Below are positions 23,662 to 36,014 of a stretch of DNA of 64,000 nucleotides, piece by piece. The position numbers and the translations under genes were made by a program. The stretch's first letter is position 1, and each line of letters starts with the position of its first letter. This DNA is from Pristiophorus japonicus (taxonomy: Eukaryota): contig NC_091999.1 of NCBI RefSeq assembly GCF_044704955.1, forward strand, positions 58,342,001 to 58,406,000, in the 5' to 3' direction. A model generated the notes under the pieces. The model did no database searches. It saw only the letters and a list, made by a program, of their open reading frames with translations, and was not told the origin of the DNA.

Positions 23662-24369
23662 TCTCTTTAATTTAACACGGATTTGCTCCCATTCTGATCA
23701 ACGAGTCCGGATTTTCATCGGTTGAATCAGCAATTTTCTGTAACAATGTGACACTCTGAACCGATAATGAAATGAAATTGTGAAATGTATCTGTGTCGTT
23801 CGGTCTCTGCCTCTCTCTCTCTCTTCAGAGAGTTTTGTATGTTTGTGTCTTTGTCTCTCTCAGTCTGACTCATTCTGTCTGTCCCTGTTTCCCTGTTTGT
23901 CTCTGTCTCTCAATCTGTCTCTTTCTCACGGTGCCACATCTGTTCCAATGGGATTCTCTCAGATTCTTTGTCTGACTGGCTCTCTCTTTCCCATCATTTC
24001 GGTCTGTCCATGTCTTTGCCTGTCTCTGTGAGTCCCTGCCTGTAAGCTGAGAAGTATTTCCTTCATTTTCTGTTTTAGTCTCTATCGCTCTCTCTCTATC
24101 TGTCTCTCTCCTTGTCACTGTGTTTATCACTGTCTTTCTCTCACTCTTTCCCTCTCTCTCTTAATAGATCACACACACACATCTCTGTATATGTATATGT
24201 TTGAGTCTTTTTCTCACTCAGTCTGCCTCTCCTTCTCAGTCTCACACTTTCTGTCTCTCGTTGTCTCTTTCTCGCTGTCTGTCACTCCATGTTGTCGGTT
24301 TGTCTCTGCCTCTCAATGTGTCTGTCGACTTATTTTCACAGCTCGACAACTGCTTCACCGCAACCCGTA

Positions 24370-24441
24370 TTCTCATCCGCATAGTGGTGACTATCCCTGC
24401 CTGTTACGTGGGAGAACCGGGTTCAATTCCCCAATAAACAA
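24370..24441 (+). tRNA. tRNA-Asp-derived pseudogene (anticodon now GTT)
   Basis: Aligns to vertebrate Asp(GTC) TCCTCGTTAGTATAGTGG...; acceptor stem broken. Confidence 0.7.
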
Positions 24442-24660
24442 GCAGCTTTTCCAAAATGTCGAATTTTACTTCTGTTTCATGGTATAGATTCATATTAAAA
24501 AGTTTCAGAGCAATATAGAACAGTAAAGATACAGCAAGAGGAGATTGACTCTTCCAGATTTTTTGCAAACGGAGACTTTTTCAGGATTCTGTGGCCGTCT
24601 GCTGCACAGATATGGATGACTGAGTTTTTTCTGAGCAACATTTAAAGTGCCAGAGACGCA

Positions 24661-24742
24661 GTAGTTGTTGCCGAGTGGTTTACGCGATGTTCTAGAAATC
24701 CTTTGGGTTTACCCCGCGCAGGGACGAATTCTGCCGGCTCTG
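24661..24742 (+). tRNA. tRNA-Ser(AGA) pseudogene
   Basis: gtagttgttgccgagtgg...ctagaaatcc...ctgccggctctg; T-loop damaged. Confidence 0.75.
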
Positions 24743-25275
24743 ATTCTCAGCATTTTTCATTCCATTTTACAATTTAACCAGGTTTTTGCAAAACTGATCC
24801 TGAGATCGGCGGAAGAACGTCCCACACATTTCAACACTGAAATCTATTTCTCATTTTTTGCAATATCTCAATATCTGCAATATTCACGATGCATACAGAT
24901 AGAAAAACGCAAAAATCAGCCTAAGTAGCGAAAGTGATTCAGCCTGTCTATCCCTCTATATGTATAAGGCATCTGTGCATGTCCGTTGGTGCATGTATAT
25001 TTTTGGTTATTGATGTGTGTGTGTCGCTGTGTCTGTCTATCTGTATCTATGTCCCTGTGTATGTGCAACTGTCTGTGAAAATCATCACCATGAATTTGGT
25101 ATGTTCTGGAACTTTAAAAAAAGACTTGGGGAAAATAATACGGTTGTGAACTTTGGTATCGGCTTTGGTTCAGTGGCAGCATCCTCGACTGAAAAACGCA
25201 AAAGCCAGCCAAAGTAGCGACAGTGACCCTGCCTGCCTATCCATCTATTTATCTAAGGCAAACTATGTATATCTT

Positions 25276-25978
25276 GATCTGGGTGTCATGGTACATCAGT
25301 CATTGATTGTTGGTATGCAGGTGCAGAAGGCGGTAAAGAAGGCAAATGGCATGTTCGCCTTATTAGCGAGGGGATTTGAGTATAGGAGCAGGGAGGTTTT
25401 ACTACAATTGTACAACTTGGTGAGGCCACACCTTAAATATTGTGTTCAGTTTTGGTCTCCAAATCTGAGGAAGGACGTTCTTGCTATTGAGGGAACACAG
25501 CGAAGGTTCACCAGCATGATTCCCGGAATGGCAGGACTGACATATGACGAGAGACTGGATCAACTGGGCTGGTATCCACTGGAGTTTAGAAGAATGAGAG
25601 GGGATCTCATAGAAACATATAAAATTCTGACGAGAGTGGACAGCTTCGAGGCTGGAAGAATGTTCTCGTTGCTGGGGTGTTCGAGACCAAGGATCACAGT
25701 CTAAGAATAAGGTGTAAGCAATTTAGGACCGAGATGAGGAGTAACTTCTTCATTCAGAGAGTGGTTAACCTGTGAAATTTGCTACCGCAGAATGACGTTG
25801 AGGCCAGTTCGTTAGATATTTTCAAACGGCCCTTATGGCTAAAGGGATCAAGGGGTATGGAGAGAAAGCAGGAATGGGGTGCTGAGGTTGAACGATGAGC
25901 CATGATCTTATTGAATGATGGTGCAGGCTCGAAGGGCCAAATGGCATATACCTGCACCTAATTTCTATATTTCTATGT
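25276..25978 (+). mobile_element. CR1 3' fragment embedded in array unit 1
   Basis: DLGVMVHQSL...RRFT; same 5' breakpoint as the copies at 28670 and 32016. Confidence 0.9.
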
Positions 25979-26138
25979 TGATGCGTGCACATCTTTGGTT
26001 ATTGTGTGTACATGCCTATCTGTATGTATGTCTCTGTGTACGTGCAACTCTTTGTGGAAATCATCACGATGAATTTGGTACGTCCTGGAACTTTTTAAAA
26101 AACTTGCGGAAAATAATATGGTTGTGATCTCTGATATC

Positions 26139-26385
26139 GGTTTTGGTTCAGTGGCTCCATTCTCGACTGAATCAGGAGGTTGTGTGTGTAAGTCCCACTT
26201 CTGAGACTTGAACACATCATCTTGGCTGACACTCAAATGCAGTACTTGGGGAATGTTGCATTGTTGACGCTGTTGACCATCGGCTGAAATTTTAAATTGA
26301 AGCTCCATCTGCCCCCTCGGGTGGATGTGAAAGTTCCCAGAGCCTTAGTCGAAAAAGAATAGGAGAGTTGCGCCCGTGTCAATAT
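26139..26385 (+). mobile_element. SacSINE1-like 5' half in the array unit (also ~29562, 32897, 35172, 41320)
   Basis: ggttcagtgg A-box head, ...gactgaatcaggaggttgtg...cgggtggatgtgaaagttcccagagc Deu-like core. Confidence 0.7.
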
Positions 26386-26499
26386 AACGAAAAATGTTCG
26401 TAAATGCTCCCTGAAATCCTATGTGTCTGTGTGTCGCTGTGGGCGTGGAGCTGAAGCTCAGATTCTCACAGGCAGAGTCCATGTTCTGACAGGATCAGG

Positions 26500-26582
26500 A
26501 CCAGGATGGCCGAGTGCTAAATGCGTTGGACTTAAGATCTAATGGGTTTATACCCGCGTGGGTTTGAACCCCAGTCCTGGTA
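26500..26582 (+). tRNA. tRNA-Leu(TAA), probable pseudogene
   Basis: accaggatggccgagtgc...ttggacttaagatctaa...gtttgaacccca; D-loop GG and T-loop altered. Confidence 0.8.
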
Positions 26583-27780
26583 ATTCCTTAATTAAAAGTA
26601 GATTTTTCCCATCCTGCTCAGTGATACACGATTCTCAAATGCTGCATCTCCAATTTTCTGCAACGATATGACACTCTGAGTCTATAATGAAATGAAATTG
26701 TGAAATGTATCTGTGTCGCTCGGTCTCTGCCGCTCTCTCTCTTTAGAGAGCTGTGTTTGTATTTGTGTGTTTGAGTCTTTGTCTCTCTCAGTCTGCCTCT
26801 CTCTGACACACTCTGTCTGTCCCTGTTTCTCTGTTTGTCTCTGTCTCTCAATCTGTCTCTTTCTCACGGTGTCTAGTTCTGTTGCAAAGGGATTCTCTCA
26901 GACTCTCTGTCTGACTGTCTCTCTCTGTCCCATTATCTCTGTCTGTCCATGTCTTTGCCTGTCTCTTTTAGCCCCTGACTCTAACCTGATAAGTATTTCC
27001 ATTATTTTCTGTTTTTGTCTCTGATTATCTCTCTCTCTATCTGTCTTTCTCTCTATTTGTCTCCCTCTTTGTCTCTCTCTTTGTCCCTGTCCTTTTCTCT
27101 GTCATTCCATCGTTATTTGCCTCCCTCTCTTTAAGGAGCACGCAAATGCATCTCTGTGTATGTATGTGTTTGAGTCTTTTTTCATTCAGTCTGGTCCTCC
27201 CTTTCAGACTCAATGTTTATGTCTCTCTTTGTCTCTATCTCACTGTCTGTCTCTCCCTGTTTCCCTGTTTGTCTCTGGTTCTCAATGTGTCTGTCTCTTT
27301 CTCACCGTGTCCAGTTCTGTTCGAATGGGATTCTCTCAATCTCTCTGTCTGACTGTCTCACTCTTTCCCATCATCTCTGTCTCTCGATGTTTCTGCCTGT
27401 CTGTCTCTCTTTGCCTGTCGCTGATAGTTCCTGTCTCTAACCTGCTGAGTATTTCCATCATTTTCTGTTTATATCTTTGTCTCTCTCTCTATCTGTCGCT
27501 CTCTCTCTATCTGTCTCTCACCTTGTCACTGTCTTTATCACTGTCTTTCTCTCACTCTTTCCCTCTCTCTTTTTATAGATCACACACACGCATCTCTGTA
27601 TATTTAGGTGTTTGAGTCTTTTTCTCGCTGACTCTGACTGACTTTTCAGTCTCACGCTTTCTGTCTCTCGTTGTCTCTCTCTCGCTGTCTGCCTATCCCT
27701 GTTTATCGGTTTGTCTCTATCGATCAATGTTTCTGTCGACTTCGGTTCACAGCGAGATTACTGCTCGGATGCAACCCGTT

Positions 27781-27852
27781 CCCTCGTCCGTGTCGTGCCG
27801 ATTATGCCCCCCTTTTCCGCGGGAGAACCAGGTTCAATTCCCCGACGGAAAA
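27781..27852 (+). tRNA. tRNA-Asp-derived pseudogene
   Basis: cctcgtccgtg...gcgggaga..aggttcaattccccgacgg; anticodon arm degenerate. Confidence 0.65.
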
Positions 27853-28068
27853 GCAGCTTTTTCTAAATGTCGAATTTTACTTCTGTTTCTTGGTATAGAT
27901 TTTATTAAAAAGTTCCACAGCAATATAGAACAGTAAAAATACAGCAAGAGGAGATTGCCTCTTACAGATCTTTTGCAAACGGAGACTTTTTCAGGATTCT
28001 GTGGCTGTCTGTTGCAGAGATGGATGACTGAGTTTTTTCTGAGTAACATTTAAAGGGCCAGAGAAGCA

Positions 28069-28150
28069 GTAGTTGTTGCCGAGTGGTTAAAGCGATGGTC
28101 CAGAAATCCTTTCGGTTTTCTGCGTGTAGTTTCGAATCCTGCCGACTACA
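28069..28150 (+). tRNA. tRNA-Ser(AGA) pseudogene
   Basis: gtagttgttgccgagtggttaaagcgatgg...ttcgaatcctgccgactaca. Confidence 0.75.
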
Positions 28151-28669
28151 ATTCACAGCATTTTTCATTCCATTTTACAATTTAACCAGGTTTTTGCAAA
28201 ACGGATCCTGAGATCGGCAGAATAACGTCCCACACATTTCAACACTGACATCTATTTCTCATTTTTATTCATCTGCAATATTCATGATTCATACGGATAG
28301 AAAAACGCAAAAATTAGCCAAAGTAGCGACAGTGATTTAGTCTGTCTATCCGTCTATATGTCAAAATCATGTCTGTTGGTGCATGTATATTTTTGGTTAT
28401 GTGTGTGGGTGTGTGTGTCTCTGAGTCTTTCTATCTGTATATATGTCTCTGTGTATGTGCAACTGTCTGTGGAAATCATCACCATGAATTTGATATGTGC
28501 TGGAACATTTTTAAAAAGACTTGGGGAAAATAATACGGTTGTGAACTTTGGTATCGGCTTTGGTTCAGTGGCAGAATCCTCGACTGAAAAACGCAAAAGA
28601 CAGCCAAATTTGCGACAGTGACCCTGCCTGTCTATCCATCTACTTGTCTATGGCAATCTTTGTATATCT

Positions 28670-29389
28670 TGATCTGGGTGCCATGGTACATCAGTCATTG
28701 ATTGTTGGTATGCAGGTGCAGCAGATGGTGAAGAAGGCAAATGGCATGTTCCCCTTCATAGCTAGGGGATTTGAGTATAGGAGCAGGGAGATCTTACTGC
28801 ATTTGTACAGGGCCTCCGTGAGGCCACAACTGGAATACTGTGTTCAGTTTTGGTCTCCGAATCTGAGGAAGGACGTTCTTGTTATTGAGGGAGTACAGCG
28901 TAAGTTCACCAGCATGATTCCCGGGATGGCAGGACTGACATATGAGGAGAGACTGGATGAACTGGGCTGGTATCCACTGGAGTTTAGCAGAATGAGAGGA
29001 GATCAGAAGAAACATGAAAAATTATGACGAGATTGGACAGCTTAGAGGCTGGAAGAATGTTCTCGCTGCTGGGGAGTTCGAGACCAAGGATCACAGTCTA
29101 AGAGTAAGGAGTAAGCCATTTAGAAACCGAGATGAAGAGAAACGTCTTCAGTGAGAGAGTGGATAACCTCTGAAATTTTCCACTGCAGAAAGTCGTTGAG
29201 GCCAGTTCATTAGATATATTCAAAAGGGAGTTAGGTATTGCCCTTACGGCTAAAGGGATGAAGGGGTATAGAGAGGAAGCAGGAAAGGGGTTCTGAGGTT
29301 GAATGATCAGCCATGATGTTATTGAATGGTAGTGCAGGCTCGAAGGGCCGAATGGCATATTCCTGCACCTAATTTCTATGTTTCTATGT
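28670..29389 (+). mobile_element. CR1 3' fragment embedded in array unit 2
   Basis: ORF 28548-29027 C-terminal CR1 motifs plus the 3' UTR. Confidence 0.9.
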
Positions 29390-29906
29390 TGAAGCGTGTA
29401 TATTTTTGGTTATTGTGTGTGCGTGTGTCTGTGTATGTCTATCTGTATGTATGTCTCTGTGTATATGCAACTGTCTGTGGAAATAATCACCATGAATTTT
29501 GTACGATCTGGAACTTTTTAAAAAACTTGGGGAAAATAATACAGTTGTGAACGTTGGTATCGGTTTTGGTTCAGTGGTTCCACTCTCGACTGAATCAGGA
29601 GGTTGTGTGTGTAAGTCCCACTCCTGAGACTTGAACCCATAATCTTGGCTGACACTCAAATGCAATACTTGGGGAATGTTGCATTGTTGAAGCTGTTGAC
29701 CATCGGCTGAAATTTTAAATTGAAGCTCCATCTGCACCCTCGGGTAGATGTGCAAGTTCCCAGAGCCTTAGTCGAAAAATAATAGGAGAGTTGCGCCCGT
29801 GTCAATGTAACTAAAAATGTTTGTAAATGCTCCCTGAAATCCGATATGTCTGGAGCTGAATCCCAGATTCTCACAGAGGCTGAGTCCAACCTCTGACAGA
29901 ATCAGG

Positions 29907-29989
29907 ACCAGTATGGCCGAGTGGTAAAGGCGTTAGACTTAAGATCTAATGGGTTTATACCCGCGTGGGTTCGAACCCCACTCCTGGTA
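29907..29989 (+). tRNA. tRNA-Leu(TAA), best-preserved copy
   Basis: 83 nt; A box TGGCCGAGTGG, B box GGTTCGAACCC, paired anticodon stem TTAGA/TCTAA; one acceptor-stem mismatch. Confidence 0.85.
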
Positions 29990-31127
29990 ATTCCTTAATT
30001 AAACAGATATTTTTCCCATCCTGCTCAGTGATACCCAATTTTCATCTGCTGAATCTCTCGTTTTCTGTAACTATGTGACACTCTGAGCAGATAATGAAAT
30101 GAAATTGTGAAATGTCTCTGCCGCTCTCTCTCTTTCGAGAGCTGTGCATGTGTTTGTGTGTTTGAGTCTTTGTCTCTCTCTGACCCACTCTGTCTGTCGC
30201 TGTCTCTCAATCTGTCTCTTTCTCACGGTGTCTAGTACTGTTGCAATGGGATTCTCTCAGACTCTCTGTCTGACTGTCTCTCTGTGTCTCATTATCTCTG
30301 TCTGTCCATGTCTTTGCCTTTCTCTGTTAGTCCCTGTCTCTAACCTGATAAGTATTTCCATTATTTTCTGTGTTTGTCTCTATGTCTCTCTCTCTCTATC
30401 TGTCTTTCTCTCTATCTGTCGCCCTCTTTTTCACTCTCATTGTCCCTGTCATTTTCTCTGTCATTCCATCACTATTTGCCCTCCCTCTCTTTTTGGAGCA
30501 CGCAAATACATCTCTGTGTATGTATGTGTTTGAGTCTTTTTCTCATTCAGTCTGATCCTCCCTTTCAGTCTCAAAATTTCTGTCTCTCTTTGTCTCTATC
30601 TCGCTGTCTGTCTCTCCCTGTTTCCCTGTTTGTCTCTGGTTCTGAATCTGTCTGTCTCTTTCTCACGGTGTCCAGTTCTGTTCGAAAGGGATTCACTCAG
30701 TCTCTCTGTCTGACTGTCTCACTCTTTCCCATCATCTCTGTCTGTCTATGTTTCTGCCTATCTGTCTCTCTTTGCCTGTCGCTGGTCGTTGCTACCTCTA
30801 ACCTGCTGAGTATTTCCATCATTTTCTGTTTATATCTGTCTCTCTCTCTATCTGTCGCACTCTCTCTATCTGTCTCTCTCCTTGTCACTGTCTTTCTCTC
30901 ACTCTTTCCCTCTCTCTCTTTATAGATCACACACACATCTCTGTATATGTAGGTGTTTGAGTCTTTTTCTCACTGAGTCTGCCTCACTTTTCAGTCTCAC
31001 CCTTTCTGTCTCGCGTTGTCTCTCTCTCTCGCTGTCTGTCGATCTCTGTTTGCCGGTTTGTCTCTGTCGATCAATGTGTCTGTCGACTTCTGTTGACAGC
31101 TCGATTACTGCTCTAACGCAACCCATA

Positions 31128-31199
31128 TCCTCGTCCGTATAGTGGTGATTTTCCCCACATGTTATGCGGGAGAACCGGGTTCCATTTCCCGACGGCGCA
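31128..31199 (+). tRNA. tRNA-Asp-derived pseudogene (anticodon now GTT)
   Basis: tcctcgtccgtatagtggtga...gcgggaga.ccgggttcc.tttcccgacgg. Confidence 0.7.
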
Positions 31200-31416
31200 G
31201 CAGTTTTTTCAAAATGTCGAATTTTACTTCTGTTTCTTGGTATAGATTTTATTAAAAAGATCCAGAGCAATATAGAACAGTAAAAATACAGCAAGAGGAG
31301 ATTGCCTCTTCAGATTTTTTGCAAACGGAGACTTTTTCAGGATTCTGTGGCCGTCTGCTGCACAGAGATGGACGACTGAGTTTTTTCTGAGTAACATTTA
31401 AAGTGCCAGAGACGCA

Positions 31417-31498
31417 GTAATTGTGGCCGAATGGTTAAAGCGATGGACTAGAAATACTTTGGGTTTTCTGCGCGTAGGTTAGAATCCTGCCGACTACG
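31417..31498 (+). tRNA. tRNA-Ser(AGA) pseudogene
   Basis: gtaattgtggccgaatgg...ggactagaaat...ggttagaatcctgccgactacg. Confidence 0.78.
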
Positions 31499-32015
31499 AT
31501 TCTCAGCATTTTTCATTCCATTTTACAATTTAACCAGGTTTTGGCAAAAATGATCCGGAGATAGATGGAATAACGTCCCACACCTTTCAACACTGACATT
31601 TTTTTCACATTTCTATTAGTCTGCAATATTCACGATACATACGGATAGAAAAATGCAAATATCACCCAATGTAGTGACTCAGCCTGTCTATCCTTCGATA
31701 TGTCTAAGGCATCTGTGCATGTCAGTTGGTGCATGTATATTTTTGGTTATGTGTGTGTGTGTTTGTGTCTGTGTCTGTCTATCTGTATATATGTCTCTGT
31801 GTATGTGCAACTGTCTGTGGGAATCATCACCATGAATTTGGTATGTCCTGAAACTTGTTCAAAAGACTTGGAGAAAATAATACGTTGTGAACTTTTGTAT
31901 CGGCTCTGGTTCAGTGGCAGCATTCTCGACGGAAAAACGCAAAGGCCAGCCAAAGTAGCGACAGTGACCCTGCCTGTCTATCTGTCTACTTGTCTAAGGC
32001 ACTCTGTGTATATCT

Positions 32016-32723
32016 TGATCTGGGTGTCATGCTACATCTGTCATTGAAAGTGGGCATGCAAGTGCAACAGGCGGTGAAGAAGGCAAATGGCATGTTCGCC
32101 TTCATAGCTAGGGGATTTGAATATAGGAGCAGGGAAGTCTTCCTGCAGTTGTACACGTTAAATATTTTGTTAGTTTTGGTCTCCAAATCTGAGGAAGGAC
32201 GTCCTTGCTATTAATGGAGCGCAGCGAATGTTCACCAGCTTGATTCCAGGGATGGCAGGACTGACATATTAGGATAGACTGGATCAACTCTGCTGGTATC
32301 CACTGGAGTTTAGAAGAATGAGAGGGGATCTCATAGAAACATATAAAATTCTGACGAGATTGGACAAGTGAGAGGCAGGAAGAATGTTTCTGTTGCTGGG
32401 GAGTTCGAGAACCAGGGGTCACAGTCTAAGAATAAGCGGTAAGCCATTTAGAACCAAGGTGAGGAGAAACAGCTTCATTCAGAGAGTGGTTAACCTGTGG
32501 AATTCTCTACCACAGAAAGTTGTTGAATCCAGTTCGTTAGATATATTGAAGAGTGAGTCAGATATGGCCCTTACGGCTCAAGGGATCAAGGGATATGGAG
32601 AGAAAGGAGGATATAGGTACTGAGGTTGAAAGATCAGCCATGATCTTATTGAATGGTGGTGCAGGCTCGAAGGGCCAACGGCTTACTCCTGCAACTAATT
32701 TATATGTTTCTATGATTCTATGT
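32016..32723 (+). mobile_element. CR1 3' fragment embedded in array unit 3
   Basis: Same breakpoint (tatcttgatctgggtgtcatg) and 3' UTR as in units 1 and 2. Confidence 0.9.
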
Positions 32724-33242
32724 TAATGCGTGTATATTTTTGGTTATTTTATGTGTGTGTGTGTCTGTGTATGTCTATCTGTATCTATGTCTCTGTGTAT
32801 GTGCAACTCTCTATGGAAATCATCACCAAGAATTTGGTATGTCCTGGAACATTTTAAAAAACTTGGGGAAAATAATACGGTTGTGATCTTTGGTATCGGC
32901 TTTGTTTCAGTGGCTCCATTCAAAAGGTCGTGTGTATAAGTCCCTCTCCTGAGACTTGAGCGCATCATCTTGGCTGACACTCAAATGCAGTACTTAGGGA
33001 ATTTTGCATTGTTGAGGCTGTTTACCATCGGATGAAATGTAAAATTGAAGCTCCGCCTGCACCCTCGGATGGCTGTGAAAGGTCCCAGAGCATTACTCGA
33101 AAAAGAATAGGAGAGTTGCCCCCGTGTCAATATCACGAAAAATGTTCGGAAATGCTCCCTTACACCCTCTGTGTATGTGTGTTTCTGTGGGGGTGGAGTT
33201 GAAGCCCAAATTCTGACAGAGACAAAGCCCGTTTCTGCCAGG

Positions 33243-33325
33243 ACCAGGATGGCCGAGTGGTTAAGGTGTTGGACTTAAAATCCAATGGATTTCTAATTGC
33301 GCCGGTTCGAACCCCACAACTGGTA
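33243..33325 (+). tRNA. tRNA-Leu(TAA) pseudogene
   Basis: accaggatggccgagtggttaagg.gttggacttaaaatccaa...ggttcgaacccca; T- and acceptor-stem mismatches. Confidence 0.8.
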
Positions 33326-33652
33326 ATTGTTTAATTAAACAGAGATTATTTCCCATGCTGCTCAGTGTTACCCGATTTACCTCTGTTGCATGTGCATGTT
33401 TCGGTGACACTCTGAGCAGATAATGAAATGTATCTGCGTCGCTCAGTCTCCACCTCTCTCTTTCGAAAGCTGTGTCTGTGTTTGAGTCTTCGTCGCTCGA
33501 AGTCTGCCTCTGTCTCGTTCTCACTGTGTCCAATTCTGTTCCAAAGGGATTCTCTCAGACTCGCTGTCTGACCGTCTCTCTCTTTACCTGTCTGTGTTGG
33601 TCCCTGTCTCTCACCTGATGAGTCATTCCATCATTTTCTGTTTTTATTTCTA

Positions 33653-33687
<35 letters not shown>

Positions 33688-34422
33688 ATCTGTCTTTCTC
33701 TATATCTGTCTCCCTCTTTGTCTCTGTCTTTTTCTTGTGATTCCATCACTATTTGCCTCCCTCTCTTTATGGAGCACGCAAACACATCTCTGTGTATGTA
33801 AGTATTTGAGTCTTTGTCTCACTCAGTCTGACCCTCCCTCTCAGTCTAAAACTTTCTGTCTATCTCTGTCTCTATCTCGCTGTCTGTCTCTCCCTGTTTC
33901 CCTGTTTGTCTCTGTCTCTCAATATGTCTGTCTCTTTCTCACGGTGTCCAGTTCTGTTCGAATGGGATTCTCTCAATCTCTCTGTCTGACTGTCTCTCTC
34001 TTTCCCATCATCTCTGTCTGTCTATGCCTCTGCCTGTCTGTATCTCTTTGCCTGAGGCTGTTAGTTCCTGTCTCTAACCTGCTGAGTATTTCCATCATTG
34101 TCTGTTTATATCTTTGTCTCTCTCTCTACCTGTCGCTCTCTCTCTATCTGTCTCTGTCCTTGTCACTGTCATTAACACTGTCTTTGTCTCACTCTTTCCC
34201 TCTCTCTCTTTATAGAGCACACACATATCTCTGTATATGTATGTGTTTGAGATTTTTTCTCACTGCGTCTGCCTCTCCTTCTGAGTCTCACACTTTCTGT
34301 CTCTCGTTCTCTCTATCTGTCTCTCCCTGTTTGTCGGTTTGTCTCTGTCTCTCAATGTGTCTCGCTACTTCTCATGGAGTCCAGTTCTCTTCACAGTTCG
34401 ATTCCTGCTTTGACTAAACCCA

Positions 34423-34494
34423 CATTCGTTGGTACAGTGCTTAGTATCCCGGCCTATTATGCAGAAGACAGGGTTTCAATTCTCCAACGGACAG
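34423..34494 (+). tRNA. Highly degenerate tRNA-Asp pseudogene
   Basis: Positional equivalent in the unit; cgttggtacagtg.ttagtatccc...ttcaattc. Confidence 0.55.
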
Positions 34495-34681
34495 GAAGCT
34501 TTTTCAAAATGTAGGATTTTACTTCTGTTTCTTGGTATAGATTCATGTTAAAAAGTTCCAGTGCAATGCAGAATAGTAAAAATATAGGAAGAGGAGATTT
34601 TTTCAGAATTCTGTGTCATCTGCTGCAGAGAGGTGGATGATTGAGTTTTATCTGAGTAACATTTAAAGAACTAATGAGTCA

Positions 34682-34763
34682 GTAGTCGTGGCCAAGAGGT
34701 TACAGCGATAAACTAGAAAATCCATCGTATTTTTCCGCTGAAGGTCGAAACCTGCCGACTACG
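34682..34763 (+). tRNA. tRNA-Ser(AGA) pseudogene
   Basis: gtagtcgtggcc...ctagaaaatccat...cctgccgactacg. Confidence 0.7.
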
Positions 34764-35514
34764 ATTCTCAGCATTTTTCATTCCATTTCACAATTTAACC
34801 AGGTCTCTGCAAAACTCATCCTAAGATAGATGGAATAACGTCCCACACCTTTCAAAACTGTCATTTTTTAAATAATTTTATTAAACTGCAATATTCACGA
34901 TACTTTCGTGTAGAAAAACGCAAAAATCAGCCAAAGTTGCGACAGTGATTCAGCCTGGCTATCCCTCTCGATGTCTAAGACATCTGTCCTTGTCCGTTGT
35001 TGCGAGTATATTTTTGCTTATGTGTGTGTTTGTCTGTGTCTGTCTATCTGTATATATATATATATCTGTGTATGTGCAACTGTCTGTATAAATCATCACC
35101 ATTAATTTGGTATGTCATGGAACTTCTTAAAAAGATTTGATGAAAATAATAGGGTTGTGAACTTTGGTATCGGCTTTGGTTCAGTGGCGGTATTCTCGAC
35201 TGAATCAGGAGTTTGTGTGTTTCAGTCCCACTCCTGAGACTTGAGCAGATAATCTTGGCAGACACTTAAGTGCAGTACTTGGGGAATTTTGCATTGTTGA
35301 AGCTGTTGACTTTCGGAAGATATTTTAAATTAAAGCTCCGTCTGCACCCTCGGGTGGATCACAGCATTACTCGAAAAAGAATAGGAGAGTTGCCCCCGTG
35401 TCAATATTACTAAAAATATTCCAAAATGCTCAATGAAACCCGGTGTGTTTGTGTGTCTGTGAGGTGGAGTTGAAGCCCAGATTCTCACAGAGACAGAATC
35501 GAAACACTGGAAGG

Positions 35515-35596
35515 ACCAGGCTGGCCGAGTGGTTAAGGCGTTGGCCTTAAAATTCAATGGGATTTTCCCACGAGAGTTCGGTCCCCACTCCTCGAA
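35515..35596 (+). tRNA. tRNA-Leu(TAA) pseudogene
   Basis: accaggctggccgagtggttaaggcgttgg.cttaaaa...; 3' half damaged. Confidence 0.72.
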
Positions 35597-36014
35597 TCTC
35601 TTTAATGTATCACTGATTTTGCCCCATGCTGATCAGTGATACCTGAGTTTCATCTGCAGAATCAACAATTTTCTGTTGCTCTGTGACATTCTGAGCCGAT
35701 CATGAAATGAAATTGTGAAATGTATCTGTGTATCTCAGTCTCTGCCTTTCTGTCTTTAGAGAACTGTGCATGTGTTTGTGTGCTTGAGTCTGAGTCTGCC
35801 TCTCCCTGACTCACTCTGTTTGTGCCTGTTTTTCTGTTTGTCTCTGTCTCTCAATCTGTCTCTTTCTCACGGTGCCCACGTCTGTTCCAATAGGATTCTC
35901 TCAGATTCTATGTCTGACTGTCTCTCTCTTTCCCATCATCTCTGCCCATGTCTTTGCCTGTCTCACTTTGTCCCTGTCTCTAACCTGATGAGTATTTTCA
36001 TCATTTTCATTTTT

